Below are positions 1-7,988 of a stretch of 55,664 nucleotides of DNA, one piece after another. The stretch lies in IMG/VR virus record IMGVR_UViG_3300020020_000035, positions 1 through 55,664 of that record. The stretch is one strand, 5' to 3'. Origin of the DNA: a virus (taxonomy: Duplodnaviria; Caudoviricetes). Both the position numbers and the translations under genes were made by a program. Under the pieces are notes generated by a model. It made no database searches and had not been told where the DNA came from. It saw only the letters and a list, made by a program, of their open reading frames with translations. Numbering within the stretch: the stretch's first letter is position 1; every line of letters begins with the position of its first letter.

Positions 1-480
1 CTCCGCACTCCGCCTCAGCGACTCAGCCGACGGGGCCCCGCAGTGGCCTGACGCATACGCCTGGAACCCGCGGGCCATCCGCTCGCGCCCCACGTAGCCG
101 CGCCCGCAGACGGTCAGCCCGTGGCGAAGGACACGGAGGCCAGCCGCGACGCAGCGGCGCGTGGCGGCGAGGTGCGTGCCCGTGATGGCATCCCAATCCG
201 GGATGAGCCGCGAGCGATGAACCTGAAGTCCGCAACGAGCTCGCCCGTGGTCTTGGTGCCAGAGCGGGTGCGGTTCGCCAGCGTGGATGAGCGGATCGAA
301 CTTCGACTCCGAGTGCCACAGCACCAGGACAGCCAACGCTTCGTCGGTCGAGTCCGATTCGGCGACGATGGCGCGCGCGATGGTGTCGAGGCGCACGACG
401 TAGTCCTCGGCGGATTCGCCGGTGCCGTGCGGCGAAGACAGCGACAGCGCGGCAACTAGGATCGATGCGACGGTCAGCAA
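1..480 (-). CDS. Partial (3' end runs off the window) secreted lysozyme/SLT-like protein
   Basis: Not in the ORF track. My translation from TTG at 480 stays open to position 1: MLTVASILVAALSLSS...LWHSESKF...DHGRARCGLQVH. Hydrophobic N-terminus, ES-x-F and GLQ motifs resemble lytic transglycosylases; start overlaps the upstream stop. Confidence 0.6.
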   Translation of the reverse strand, partial: MLTVASILVAALSLSSPHGTGESAEDYVVRLDTIARAIVAESDSTDEALAVLVLWHSESKFDPLIHAGEPHPLWHQDHGRARCGLQVHRSRLIPDWDAITGTHLAATRRCVAAGLRVLRHGLTVCGRGYVGRERMARGFQAYASGHCGAPSAESLRRSAE

Positions 481-1298
481 GCGACGTCCTCTTTCTCTTT
501 CTGGGGCCAGTCGAGGAACTCACTGACCTTCTTGGTGAGCGGGAAGGAGAGCGCGGCTTGCGCAGCGTCGTGCCTGGAGTGCGCCGTCTCGTGACACGAG
601 GCGCACAGCCAAATCACGTCCAGCGCCTTCGCGTAGTCGTCATGGTGCGCCTCGATGCGATGCGCGTTGCCGCCGCAGCATGAGCAGACATCGGGGCGCA
701 CGAGCTTGCCTCTGACGACCGCCATGTGGGTGCGCCAGCGCGCGGCGCGCTTGACGCGCAGCTCATCCGTTATCGGCGGCGGAGAATGCTTCTGCTTGTG
801 CTCGTGATATTTCGAGCGCCCGTAGGCGCGGGCCTTCGACAGGTCAGCCTGACGGCGCTCTTTGTTTCTGCGGGTGCGGCATGAGGGACAATAGGACTTA
901 GGGGCCCCGGTGCCAGGTCGACGCCCAAAGACACCGATCGGCTTGTTGTCCCCGCAATCGGCGCATCGCTTCAGCCCTAGGCGAGCCAGCTCCTCTCGCT
1001 CGGCAACAGGCTGTATCAACCCTTTGGCGCGACCGCGGCGCTCGTCGCGTTGCGACTGGCACCCGCGGCACCAGCTGGATATTTTGCCAGATCCGTTCCG
1101 TGTGAATTCGGTCAGCGGGAGAACACGCAGGCAGTCAGTACAGTTCTTCTGCCCTGCGGCGATTAGAGCGTCCCGACGAAGGATCCTGCTGTCCGGATGG
1201 TCCTTCGCGTAGCAGTCGGCGCAGTAGCTGCTTGGGCACCACTTGCCGCAGCGCGAACACGCGCGGGCCCAGCGGTCGGTCTTGCTGACGCGCCTCAC
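474..1298 (-). CDS. HNH-type endonuclease with multiple CxxC motifs
   Basis: Repeated CxxC pairs; C-terminal CSCCG...IEAHHDDYAKALDVIWLCASCH. Confidence 0.75.
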   Translation of the reverse strand: MRRVSKTDRWARACSRCGKWCPSSYCADCYAKDHPDSRILRRDALIAAGQKNCTDCLRVLPLTEFTRNGSGKISSWCRGCQSQRDERRGRAKGLIQPVAEREELARLGLKRCADCGDNKPIGVFGRRPGTGAPKSYCPSCRTRRNKERRQADLSKARAYGRSKYHEHKQKHSPPPITDELRVKRAARWRTHMAVVRGKLVRPDVCSCCGGNAHRIEAHHDDYAKALDVIWLCASCHETAHSRHDAAQAALSFPLTKKVSEFLDWPQKEKEDVAC

Positions 1299-1314
1299 AG
1301 CGCCACCGTCCCGC

Positions 1315-1484
1315 GTTGCACGGTCGTGGCACGGTCGGGTCGGATTTTGCGGGAATCGACCGGCTTAGCGGGAGTTAGCGGGAGCTGTTTCTCCGCGCAG
1401 GGAGGGCCGGGATAGATAGATGTAGGTGATCGCGAAGCGCTTCCAGCTAGGCCTTTCGCGCCTTTTTCGAGGAGCGTTGCACGG
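1315..1484. other. Candidate attP region (core about 1397-1413)
   Basis: Directly downstream of the integrase. Minus strand reads ATCCCGGCCCTCCCTGC, like a tRNA 3' end. Tandem TTAGCGGGAG at 1365-1374 and 1375-1384; GTTGCACGG at 1315-1323 and 1476-1484 flanks the core. Confidence 0.55.
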
Positions 1485-2520
1485 CGCGTGGAGCGGTCGG
1501 CGTCACCGGCGGACCGATGTTCACCACGTTGATCGCGGTCGCCAAGTGGTCCGGCATCATGTGCGCGTAGAGCTCCGTGACCCGCTGGTGCGAGTGCCCG
1601 AGAATCCTGGCCAAGAGCGGTAGGTCCGGTTTCGCCTGCAGGAAGAACGACGCGAAGCAATGCCGGAGCGTGTGCGCGCCGCCCGAGACGCCCGCCTCGG
1701 TCTGGATCTCCTTGAAGATCGCATCCGGGAAGAGCGCCCAGCGATCCCCGTACTGATTCGGGAACACCCACTGCTCCGACTGCCGAGGCATCGCCAGAAT
1801 CTCGCGGCACGCATCGGACATCGGGACCTCGCGAGCTCGCCCGTTCTTCGGGCGCCACGCTTCGTTCGCCGGGATGCGGATGAGCCGCGACGCGAAGTCC
1901 ACCCAGCTCCACTCTGCCGCCAGCGCCTCGCCCTTGCGGCATCCCGTGTTGACCAGAAACACGATGAGCCGGAGCACCTCCGGTGAACGCTCGCGCGCCA
2001 CCTGCATGATCGCGTCGACCTGCGCCGGAGTCCAGAGACGCACCCGCCCGCGTGGCTCCTTGAGAAACTGGATCGGTGGCACCGTCACCGGGTAGCCCTG
2101 CTTCTCCGCCCAGCGAAGCACCCGCTGCAACGCCCGCAGCTCCGTGTTCATCGAGACCGCGCCGAGCTTCGACTCTTCGCGGCGATGCGCCTTGTACGCT
2201 TCCGTGTCCGCCGACGTGAAGTCCGTCAGCCGCTTCTCCCTGAAGAAGAGCTGCAGACTCACCAGGATGTTTGACCTTGCTCGCCATGTCGTTCTCGCGA
2301 AGTTAGCTTCCGCGAACGGGCGATACTTTTGGACGCATAACCAGGAGAAGCCTGGCGCGCTCCGGGTCGGGTGATCGTTTGCCTCGAGCTTGAGACGCTG
2401 CAGCGCTTCGAACCGGTCGCCGTCCGCCTTCGTCCCAGTCAGCCGCCACGAGCGGCGCTTGCCCTTGTGCCAGATGACGACTCGGCGCGTCCCCGGCCGT
2501 GGCCCCTTGTAGTTCGGCAT
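1447..2520 (-). CDS. int: Tyrosine recombinase (phage integrase)
   Basis: TGCRKGE, PKNG, HTLRH, LGH, TELYAH give the full catalytic set; start ATG 2520 chosen (track starts at 2589). Confidence 0.95.
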   Translation of the reverse strand: MPNYKGPRPGTRRVVIWHKGKRRSWRLTGTKADGDRFEALQRLKLEANDHPTRSAPGFSWLCVQKYRPFAEANFARTTWRARSNILVSLQLFFREKRLTDFTSADTEAYKAHRREESKLGAVSMNTELRALQRVLRWAEKQGYPVTVPPIQFLKEPRGRVRLWTPAQVDAIMQVARERSPEVLRLIVFLVNTGCRKGEALAAEWSWVDFASRLIRIPANEAWRPKNGRAREVPMSDACREILAMPRQSEQWVFPNQYGDRWALFPDAIFKEIQTEAGVSGGAHTLRHCFASFFLQAKPDLPLLARILGHSHQRVTELYAHMMPDHLATAINVVNIGPPVTPTAPRAVQRSSKKARKA

Positions 2521-2701
2521 CGACCGGGGCGAAGTAACGCACAATCGCGTCAGTCGGAATGCGCCAGCGACGCCCGACCTTGCGTGCACCCGGGAGCTTC
2601 CCGGCGGCGCACATGCCCACCACTGTTTTTGGCTTCACTTGCAGCTTATCCCCAGCCTGTTCGGGTGTGAGGTATTGCGTTGAATCGGTTGCCGTGCTCA
2701 C
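2303..2701 (-). CDS. xis: Excisionase-like HTH protein
   Basis: YLTPEQAGDKLQVKPKTV...GKLPGARKVGRRWRIP immediately upstream of int; GTG start coupled to the previous stop. Confidence 0.8.
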   Translation of the reverse strand: MSTATDSTQYLTPEQAGDKLQVKPKTVVGMCAAGKLPGARKVGRRWRIPTDAIVRYFAPVDAELQGATAGDAPSRHLAQGQAPLVAADWDEGGRRPVRSAAASQARGKRSPDPERARLLLVMRPKVSPVRGS

Positions 2702-2919
2702 GCCGCGTCTCCCCTCGTCGCCGCGCGCCGCTCGACCCACCGACGCACATGCGCGTCCTGGAAGTCGACGATGTTGGCGACCCTGGCATCGGCTCGCGCC
2801 ATCCGCTCCCTCTCCCGCCGCGCATTCTCCCGGATGACGAGCGCGCAGTAGAACGCCGCGGCGCCGAAGAGGGCTGAGGCGATGAGATAGAGGGCGAGCT
2901 CGGCGGGGTGGAGGGTCAT
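2698..2919 (-). CDS. Small membrane protein
   Basis: MTLHPAELALYLIASALFGAAAFYCALVI, one hydrophobic helix; coupled at both ends. Confidence 0.6.
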   Translation of the reverse strand: MTLHPAELALYLIASALFGAAAFYCALVIRENARRERERMARADARVANIVDFQDAHVRRWVERRAATRGDAA

Positions 2920-3320
2920 CGGTCGGCCATCACTTTCACTTCCTCGCGCCGGAACTCGGTGCACATGTTTCGGGCGTCGCAGTCGAGGCGAACGAGCGTG
3001 ATGTCCAGCTCGATGCTGGAGCCGTGGTCGACGACGTTCCCCGTTCCGATCGGCGTGAGCACACGCGAGCCGATCCGGAGCGTGCCGGTGGTGGAAGGCC
3101 GGCGGCGTCGCTCGGTCTGGCGCATACACCACACCGCCATGTTCTTCTCGACGACTCCCCGGGTGTCTCGGTCGATGACTTTAACGTCCCACGGCAGACA
3201 CAGGCGCTTCGCCCCGCTGTCGGTGTCGACGAAGACGCAGCCCATCGGCGGGACGAGGGCGACCTTGCCAGTCCCGTACGGGGTCACGACACGATCGCCG
3301 GGCTGGATGGGGGCGGTCAT
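2916..3320 (-). CDS. Hypothetical protein with two KOW/SH3-like repeats
   Basis: PGDRVVTPYGTGKV and IGSRVLTPIGTGNV; ATG 3320 overlaps the upstream stop. Confidence 0.6.
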   Translation of the reverse strand: MTAPIQPGDRVVTPYGTGKVALVPPMGCVFVDTDSGAKRLCLPWDVKVIDRDTRGVVEKNMAVWCMRQTERRRRPSTTGTLRIGSRVLTPIGTGNVVDHGSSIELDITLVRLDCDARNMCTEFRREEVKVMADR

Positions 3321-3898
3321 TTCCGGCTCGTCCGTTTCGGCGCACCACGCAAAGCGGTCAACGCCTTGGCAAAGGATTGCCCGTTGCGCATTCTCTTGCG
3401 AAGACTCCACGCACATACACCGAAGTGGCGTGCCCACTCACCGATCGTCATGACCTCCCCGGCGAGCTCCACCAGGTGGACGTTGCGCCTGTTGCGCGTC
3501 TGGACGGTCACGGTCGCCCATCGACAATTGCCCGGTTCGTAGCCACGAGCGCCGTCGACGCGATCAATTGAGTGCTCGCTAGTTGGCTTCGCTCCCATGT
3601 CAGCGAGGAAGCGTTCAAACGAGAACCATTCCTTGGATACACGAATGCCGCGACCGCCATAGCGCGCGAAGCTCTTGTCGCGTGGGTCCTCGCACCGGCG
3701 AATCATCCCTCGCCATGTCTTGTATTCCGGGGTCCGTCCTTTGCGCGACGCATGGCCGTGTCGCGTGTTGGGCTGCACGCTCGACACTGAGCCGGGGCTC
3801 AGCGAGACTACGCTGTCACTGCGCACGGAGTAGTCGTCAGCACGGCTGTCCGCTTCGTTGTCAGCGCGGCAGAAGTTCAGCGTTCGCATCGTGCTCAC
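3317..3898 (-). CDS. HNH-like endonuclease (YGGRGI family)
   Basis: EYKTWRGMIRRC...RYGGRGI...SIDRVDG...YEPGNCRWAT; start uncertain. Confidence 0.8.
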   Translation of the reverse strand: MSTMRTLNFCRADNEADSRADDYSVRSDSVVSLSPGSVSSVQPNTRHGHASRKGRTPEYKTWRGMIRRCEDPRDKSFARYGGRGIRVSKEWFSFERFLADMGAKPTSEHSIDRVDGARGYEPGNCRWATVTVQTRNRRNVHLVELAGEVMTIGEWARHFGVCAWSLRKRMRNGQSFAKALTALRGAPKRTSRK

Positions 3899-3901
3899 CT
3901 C

Positions 3902-4237
3902 TCAGCCCCAGCTCACGCGAGAGGGCGGCTCGCTGTCGATCGCCTCGAGCCAACCGCGCGCGAGCGCCTTGCGGCTTTCACGCGGAAGGCCACGCATAAC
4001 CCAGTCGGGAATGTCGCGGCGGCCGTGCACCATGTCGTGCGCGTACTGGCGCGTGATGCCGAGCCGCTTCGCCAGATCGCTGATCGTCAGTCCACTGGCG
4101 ATGAACGCAGCGCAGAACGCGGCGTGGCTCTTGCTCTTGAGAGCGTTCCGAGATGCCTTCGCAATCCCAGGTCCACGATCGATCCGCTCCAGCTGAGCGC
4201 GCATCTCGGCGACGTCGTCATCCTTGCTGTCGAACAT
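3902..4237 (-). CDS. HTH DNA-binding protein
   Basis: GLTISDLAKRLGITRQYAHDMVHGRR; ATG 4237 coupled to the upstream stop. Confidence 0.7.
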   Translation of the reverse strand: MFDSKDDDVAEMRAQLERIDRGPGIAKASRNALKSKSHAAFCAAFIASGLTISDLAKRLGITRQYAHDMVHGRRDIPDWVMRGLPRESRKALARGWLEAIDSEPPSRVSWG

Positions 4238-4476
4238 CAGAACAGGGCTCCTTTTGCGCTGTCGCAGCTGGGCGACGGCGCCTTGGCGCAACGCTCCAGG
4301 GCGTCCACGAGCCGATTCATTCGGCCCATCGCGACACGCTCGCCCAACGTCGAGGAGATGACGAGCAGCACCATCGCGATGTGCATCAGGTTGTTGTTGC
4401 GGCGCGCGAGCGCGAAGACCGAGAGGCACAGAGCCGCCGTGGACAGCCCGAGGCCGATGTAGCTGACCGCTTCCAT
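4237..4476 (-). CDS. Small membrane protein
   Basis: Two hydrophobic segments, 79 aa, tight packing. Confidence 0.55.
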   Translation of the reverse strand: MEAVSYIGLGLSTAALCLSVFALARRNNNLMHIAMVLLVISSTLGERVAMGRMNRLVDALERCAKAPSPSCDSAKGALF

Positions 4477-4674
4477 CTACGCAGCCCCCGGCGGCTTCGG
4501 CTCGGGCTTGACCTCGACCATCCCGAGCTCGTCGGGCGTCATCTCCTCCGAGCGCCGCGACTCGTACTCGCACTCGATGTCGTCGAGCGTCTGGGAGCGG
4601 CGAGCGGACCGGACCACGAACGCGATGGCCATGCCGGCGGCGAAGAGGAGGATGAGGGCTTCGGCGGGGGTCAT
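4477..4674 (-). CDS. Small membrane protein
   Basis: N-terminal hydrophobic helix and acidic tail. Confidence 0.55.
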   Translation of the reverse strand: MTPAEALILLFAAGMAIAFVVRSARRSQTLDDIECEYESRRSEEMTPDELGMVEVKPEPKPPGAA

Positions 4675-4953
4675 TCAGTTACTCCGACCTATGAACGCCG
4701 CGTCCGGCTCGTCGTCGAAAGTCGCGTCCTCGAGATCCGAGATGCGGGCGCAGTGGTCCACGAGGATGTCGCTGTCCGCTTCCGAATCGATCTCCAGCTG
4801 CGCGAGGCGGTCGCGGATGGCCGCGTTCTCGGCGAGGATGTCGGCGGCGACGTGAAGCCCGCGCTTCAGGCGGGCAGAGTTGATGCCGTCGCGCAGGCAG
4901 ATGACGGTGCAGGCGAGGGAGATGGCGGCGAGGAGGAAGACGACGAAGAGCAC
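4675..4953 (-). CDS. Small membrane protein with coiled/acidic tail
   Basis: MLFVVFLLAAISLACTVICL followed by a helical acidic segment. Confidence 0.55.
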   Translation of the reverse strand: MLFVVFLLAAISLACTVICLRDGINSARLKRGLHVAADILAENAAIRDRLAQLEIDSEADSDILVDHCARISDLEDATFDDEPDAAFIGRSN

Positions 4954-4956
4954 CGC

Positions 4957-5250
4957 TCAGCCCTCCGCCTCGGAGCCGAGCCGCTCGGCGCGCTTGGTCC
5001 TGGCGGTTTGCACCGCCGCCGCTATCGCCTTCTCCCCAGGAGGCTTGCCGGCACCGGTCAGAATCCAGTTCCCGGTGTCCCCGAGCACCGCGGCGAGCTT
5101 CGCCACGGTGGCCAAGTTAGGGTTCGGACTCTTGGCCGTTTCGATGGTGGTAACGGTGTAGTGCGAGAGCCCGGCAAGCAGACCGAGCTCGTTCGCAGAG
5201 ATGCCCGCGGTATCCCGGAGGGCAGCGAGGCGGGCGGGCAACGTGGACAT
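4957..5250 (-). CDS. Cro-like XRE HTH regulator
   Basis: RLAALRDTAGISANELGLLAGLSHYTVTTIETAKSPNPNLATV; first gene of the leftward operon, divergent from the repressor-like gene. Confidence 0.85.
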   Translation of the reverse strand: MSTLPARLAALRDTAGISANELGLLAGLSHYTVTTIETAKSPNPNLATVAKLAAVLGDTGNWILTGAGKPPGEKAIAAAVQTARTKRAERLGSEAEG

Positions 5251-5252
5251 GG

Positions 5253-5288
5253 TGCAATCGGTATTGCAGACTCCAATCGGTATTGCAA
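5253..5288 (-). promoter_or_regulatory. Double operator / leftward promoter
   Basis: TGCAAT-N4-ATTGCA at 5253-5268 and a near copy TCCAAT-N4-ATTGCA at 5272-5287. Confidence 0.75.
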
Positions 5289-5336
5289 GTGGCCATCGTC
5301 TTGACGCGAGGCGACTACAACGGCTCACCTACATGC

Positions 5337-5894
5337 GTGCCCGCTGACACACCCTTCACGCGCCGGATTGAACAGCTCCTGAAGGACACGGGGCTCTCGA
5401 AGAGCCGGCTCGGCATCGAGGCCGATCTCTCTCCCTACACGATTGCCCTCTGGCTGAAGGAGTCCCGGGCTGGGAAGCCATTCGGGACCCGTGGCAACCT
5501 CGAGAAGCTCGCCAAGCGCTACAACAAGAGCGTCGAGTGGCTCCTTTCAGACCCCGACGCGGACGACAACGGGGCAGCGAAGCCAGGCGTCTTGTCGCTG
5601 AGCCAGGGCGACAACGTGATCGGTGCGCTTGTGGAGCTCGACGGTGTGCCGGTTGACGAAGCGCAGCGGCTCGTCCGCGAGGTGCACCGATCGGCGAATA
5701 CGGAGCTCGGGCTCTATCGCCGGGCTCGGCTCGAGTTGGGCCGGAAACTACTCCGGCCGCACCAAGCGACGCCCCCGGTCGGGTTCCGCGAGAAGGGGAG
5801 CAAGCTCGGGCGTGCCATCGCCAAGGATTCGGACGATCTCCTGGAGCGCAAGCCGCCCCGTCGCGCCCGGAACGCAGGCAAAAAACGCCAATAG
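5337..5894 (+). CDS. CI-like repressor (N-terminal HTH, no peptidase domain seen)
   Basis: RIEQLLKDTGLSKSRLGIEADLSPYTIALW...LAKRYNKSVEWLL; divergent from the cro-like gene; GTG 5337 chosen as start. Confidence 0.7.
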   Translation: MPADTPFTRRIEQLLKDTGLSKSRLGIEADLSPYTIALWLKESRAGKPFGTRGNLEKLAKRYNKSVEWLLSDPDADDNGAAKPGVLSLSQGDNVIGALVELDGVPVDEAQRLVREVHRSANTELGLYRRARLELGRKLLRPHQATPPVGFREKGSKLGRAIAKDSDDLLERKPPRRARNAGKKRQ

Positions 5895-6065
5895 ACGGCT
5901 TTTGTCGGCCGGATCTCGGACCCGAACGTACGTAGTGCCTTCGATGTCCTCGATCTCAGTCAGAAGAAACGTCATTCCCGGACCCTCATTGAGATAGAGC
6001 CTCCCGACGAAACACGTCATCGCATGTCGTGTTAGCGAACCTGTCTTTGTAATTGCATCTCGACG

Positions 6066-6338
6066 GTGAAGATAGCCGTCGACCCGCGGAAAGCGCTGCG
6101 CCTCGTGGGTCTTCGGCTCGTTGAACTACGTCAGTTGCGGAATTTCACTCAAGAGATACTCGCTGAGAGAGCGAACGTCTCTGTCAGACAACTTCAGCGC
6201 ATCGAAGCTGGCGCCGCCAACCCGACGGTGCTCCAGCTCGCAACACTCGCCGTCGCTCTGGACGTGGCGCTGAGCGCCCTCTTTGACTCCCCGTCCCGCA
6301 GCACCAGACGCCGCCCCGGACGACCACCGGCTTCCTAA
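6066..6338 (+). CDS. XRE-family HTH regulator
   Basis: LRQLRNFTQEILAERANVSVRQLQRIEAGAANPT. Confidence 0.85.
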   Translation: MKIAVDPRKALRLVGLRLVELRQLRNFTQEILAERANVSVRQLQRIEAGAANPTVLQLATLAVALDVALSALFDSPSRSTRRRPGRPPAS

Positions 6339-6442
6339 GCGTCCGGAGGAACCGGGACAGCTACGGGAACCCCGTAGGCCTGTCACTCGCATGAACATGT
6401 GACGGGGGTTTCCCGGCCATGTCGATTTCTGCGCGACCCGGG

Positions 6443-6478
6443 TTGCAATCCGAATTGGGTTCTGCAATAAAGATTGCA
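6443..6478 (+). promoter_or_regulatory. Double operator / rightward promoter
   Basis: TGCAATCCGAATTGGG at 6444-6459 and TGCAATAAAGATTGCA at 6463-6478; inverted copy of 5253-5288. Confidence 0.75.
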
Positions 6479-6783
6479 TGAACACGACGCGCCCCGCCGT
6501 CATCGAGTTCCGCGGATCCGACCCCGAGCCGAACAGCCTGCTCGTGTTCGGGACGCCGGTCCCCGCCCCCACCCTGGCCGACCTCTGCGCCGCCGAGTGC
6601 TCCGCCTGCGAGCTCTGCGCCGGCACCGGCAAGGTCCTCTTCGACGCCGACGGCGACCCCATCCCGGGCGGCATCCTCCTGCCCGCGGGCGACGGCGCGT
6701 TCGAGCGGCGGGGGCTGGGGTGCCCCGATTGTTTGCGGCTCGTCGATGAGCTCGTGGCGGCGGAGTGCGGGGGGTCGGTCTGA
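6478..6783 (+). CDS. Hypothetical Cys-rich protein
   Basis: CELCAGTG and CPDC motifs; first gene of the rightward operon. Confidence 0.65.
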   Translation: MNTTRPAVIEFRGSDPEPNSLLVFGTPVPAPTLADLCAAECSACELCAGTGKVLFDADGDPIPGGILLPAGDGAFERRGLGCPDCLRLVDELVAAECGGSV

Positions 6784-7232
6784 TGCCCGTGAATCACCCG
6801 CTCTACGGGCTGTGGCGCAGCATGAGGCACCGCTGCCACAACGCCGCCCGCGCAGACTACCCGCTGTACGGAGGTCGCGGCATCGAGGTTTGCGAGAAAT
6901 GGCGCTGGGACTTCCGCGCTTTCGTCTCTGACGTGGGCGAGCGCCCTTCTCCAAAACACACGCTCGACCGACTTCGCGGCGACGGGAACTACGAGCCCGG
7001 AAATGTTCGCTGGGCGACCGCTAAGGAGCAGTGCCGCAATCGACGCGGAAACCGCTTCATCGAATGGCGCGGCGCCCGTCGCACGGTGGCAGAGTGCGCC
7101 GAGCTAGCCGGTCTGCCCCAGGACACGGTTCACCATCGGCTCGACGCGGGATGGTCAGTTGACCGTGCTCTAACGACGCCTCTTGGCGCAACGAGCCACG
7201 GCCGGTCCCGGCTCGGTCTGGTGGCGCCGTGA
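6783..7232 (+). CDS. HNH-like endonuclease (YGGRGI family)
   Basis: WRSMRHRC...YGGRGIEVC...TLDRLRGDGNYEPGNVRWAT. Confidence 0.8.
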   Translation: MPVNHPLYGLWRSMRHRCHNAARADYPLYGGRGIEVCEKWRWDFRAFVSDVGERPSPKHTLDRLRGDGNYEPGNVRWATAKEQCRNRRGNRFIEWRGARRTVAECAELAGLPQDTVHHRLDAGWSVDRALTTPLGATSHGRSRLGLVAP

Positions 7233-7531
7233 ACGCTCGCCCAGAGTTCGACCTGGACCGCGCCTCCTGCGGCCGTTGCAACGGAGACGGCGACATCCGC
7301 GGCAGCATCGGTGTCCAGACCTGCCCGGCCTGCCGTGGATCCGGCGAGGGATGCGGCCGGGCGCGCTTCACCTTCGACGACACCGACACCGCCGTCATGG
7401 ACGGCCACGTGATCGACGTCCTCTGCGACGCCTGCTTTTTCGACGAGGAGCCGACCGAGGACGTGACCGAGCACGCGGTGCCGGTTCCCGGCCTCGAGTG
7501 GGTCAACGCGAGCATCGGGAGGCAGGTCTGA
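7229..7531 (+). CDS. DnaJ-type zinc-finger protein
   Basis: CGRCNGDG and CPACRGSG. Confidence 0.65.
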   Translation: MNARPEFDLDRASCGRCNGDGDIRGSIGVQTCPACRGSGEGCGRARFTFDDTDTAVMDGHVIDVLCDACFFDEEPTEDVTEHAVPVPGLEWVNASIGRQV

Positions 7532-7767
7532 TGTCCTGGATCGCCGACGAAGCCCGCCGACAGCGCCGCCTGGCCAACGATCCGAACCTCTGTCCCTCGT
7601 GCGGCAAGTGGTGCGGCTGGGGAACGTCGAAGCGATGCGGGCAACGGGTTGAGATCCTCCGTCCCCCCGTCACGCCGCTCCTGATGCAGCGCTACGAGCT
7701 GGAGCGGCAGGCCCGACGCGCGCCGTACTCGGGGCGGAACCCGGGGCATCACGGGGGGATTCTCTAG
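7531..7767 (+). CDS. Small Cys-rich hypothetical protein
   Basis: TGATG coupling; CPSCGKWC. Confidence 0.5.
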   Translation: MSWIADEARRQRRLANDPNLCPSCGKWCGWGTSKRCGQRVEILRPPVTPLLMQRYELERQARRAPYSGRNPGHHGGIL

Positions 7768-7988
7768 TGCCCGCCGTCATGACCGCCCGCTCGAACCCCG
7801 AGACGACGGCCGAGCTGCTGGCGCACTTCGAGCACTGCCCCGTCCGCTTGGCCTGCGCCATCGCCGTGTTCGCCGAGGAGGGTGAGCTCGCGCTGAAGGC
7901 TCACGACCACCTGCTCGCGAGCCGCTGTCTCGACCGAATCACGAAGCTTACTGGCGCGCTGATCTATCTGAAAAGAAGGGCTCACTGA
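7767..7988 (+). CDS. Hypothetical protein
   Basis: Coupled ORF in the operon. Confidence 0.5.
   Translation: MPAVMTARSNPETTAELLAHFEHCPVRLACAIAVFAEEGELALKAHDHLLASRCLDRITKLTGALIYLKRRAH

Noticed and set aside
1397-1413. tRNA gene
   Set aside because: Only a 3'-end-like fragment; no D arm, anticodon arm or TTC loop start
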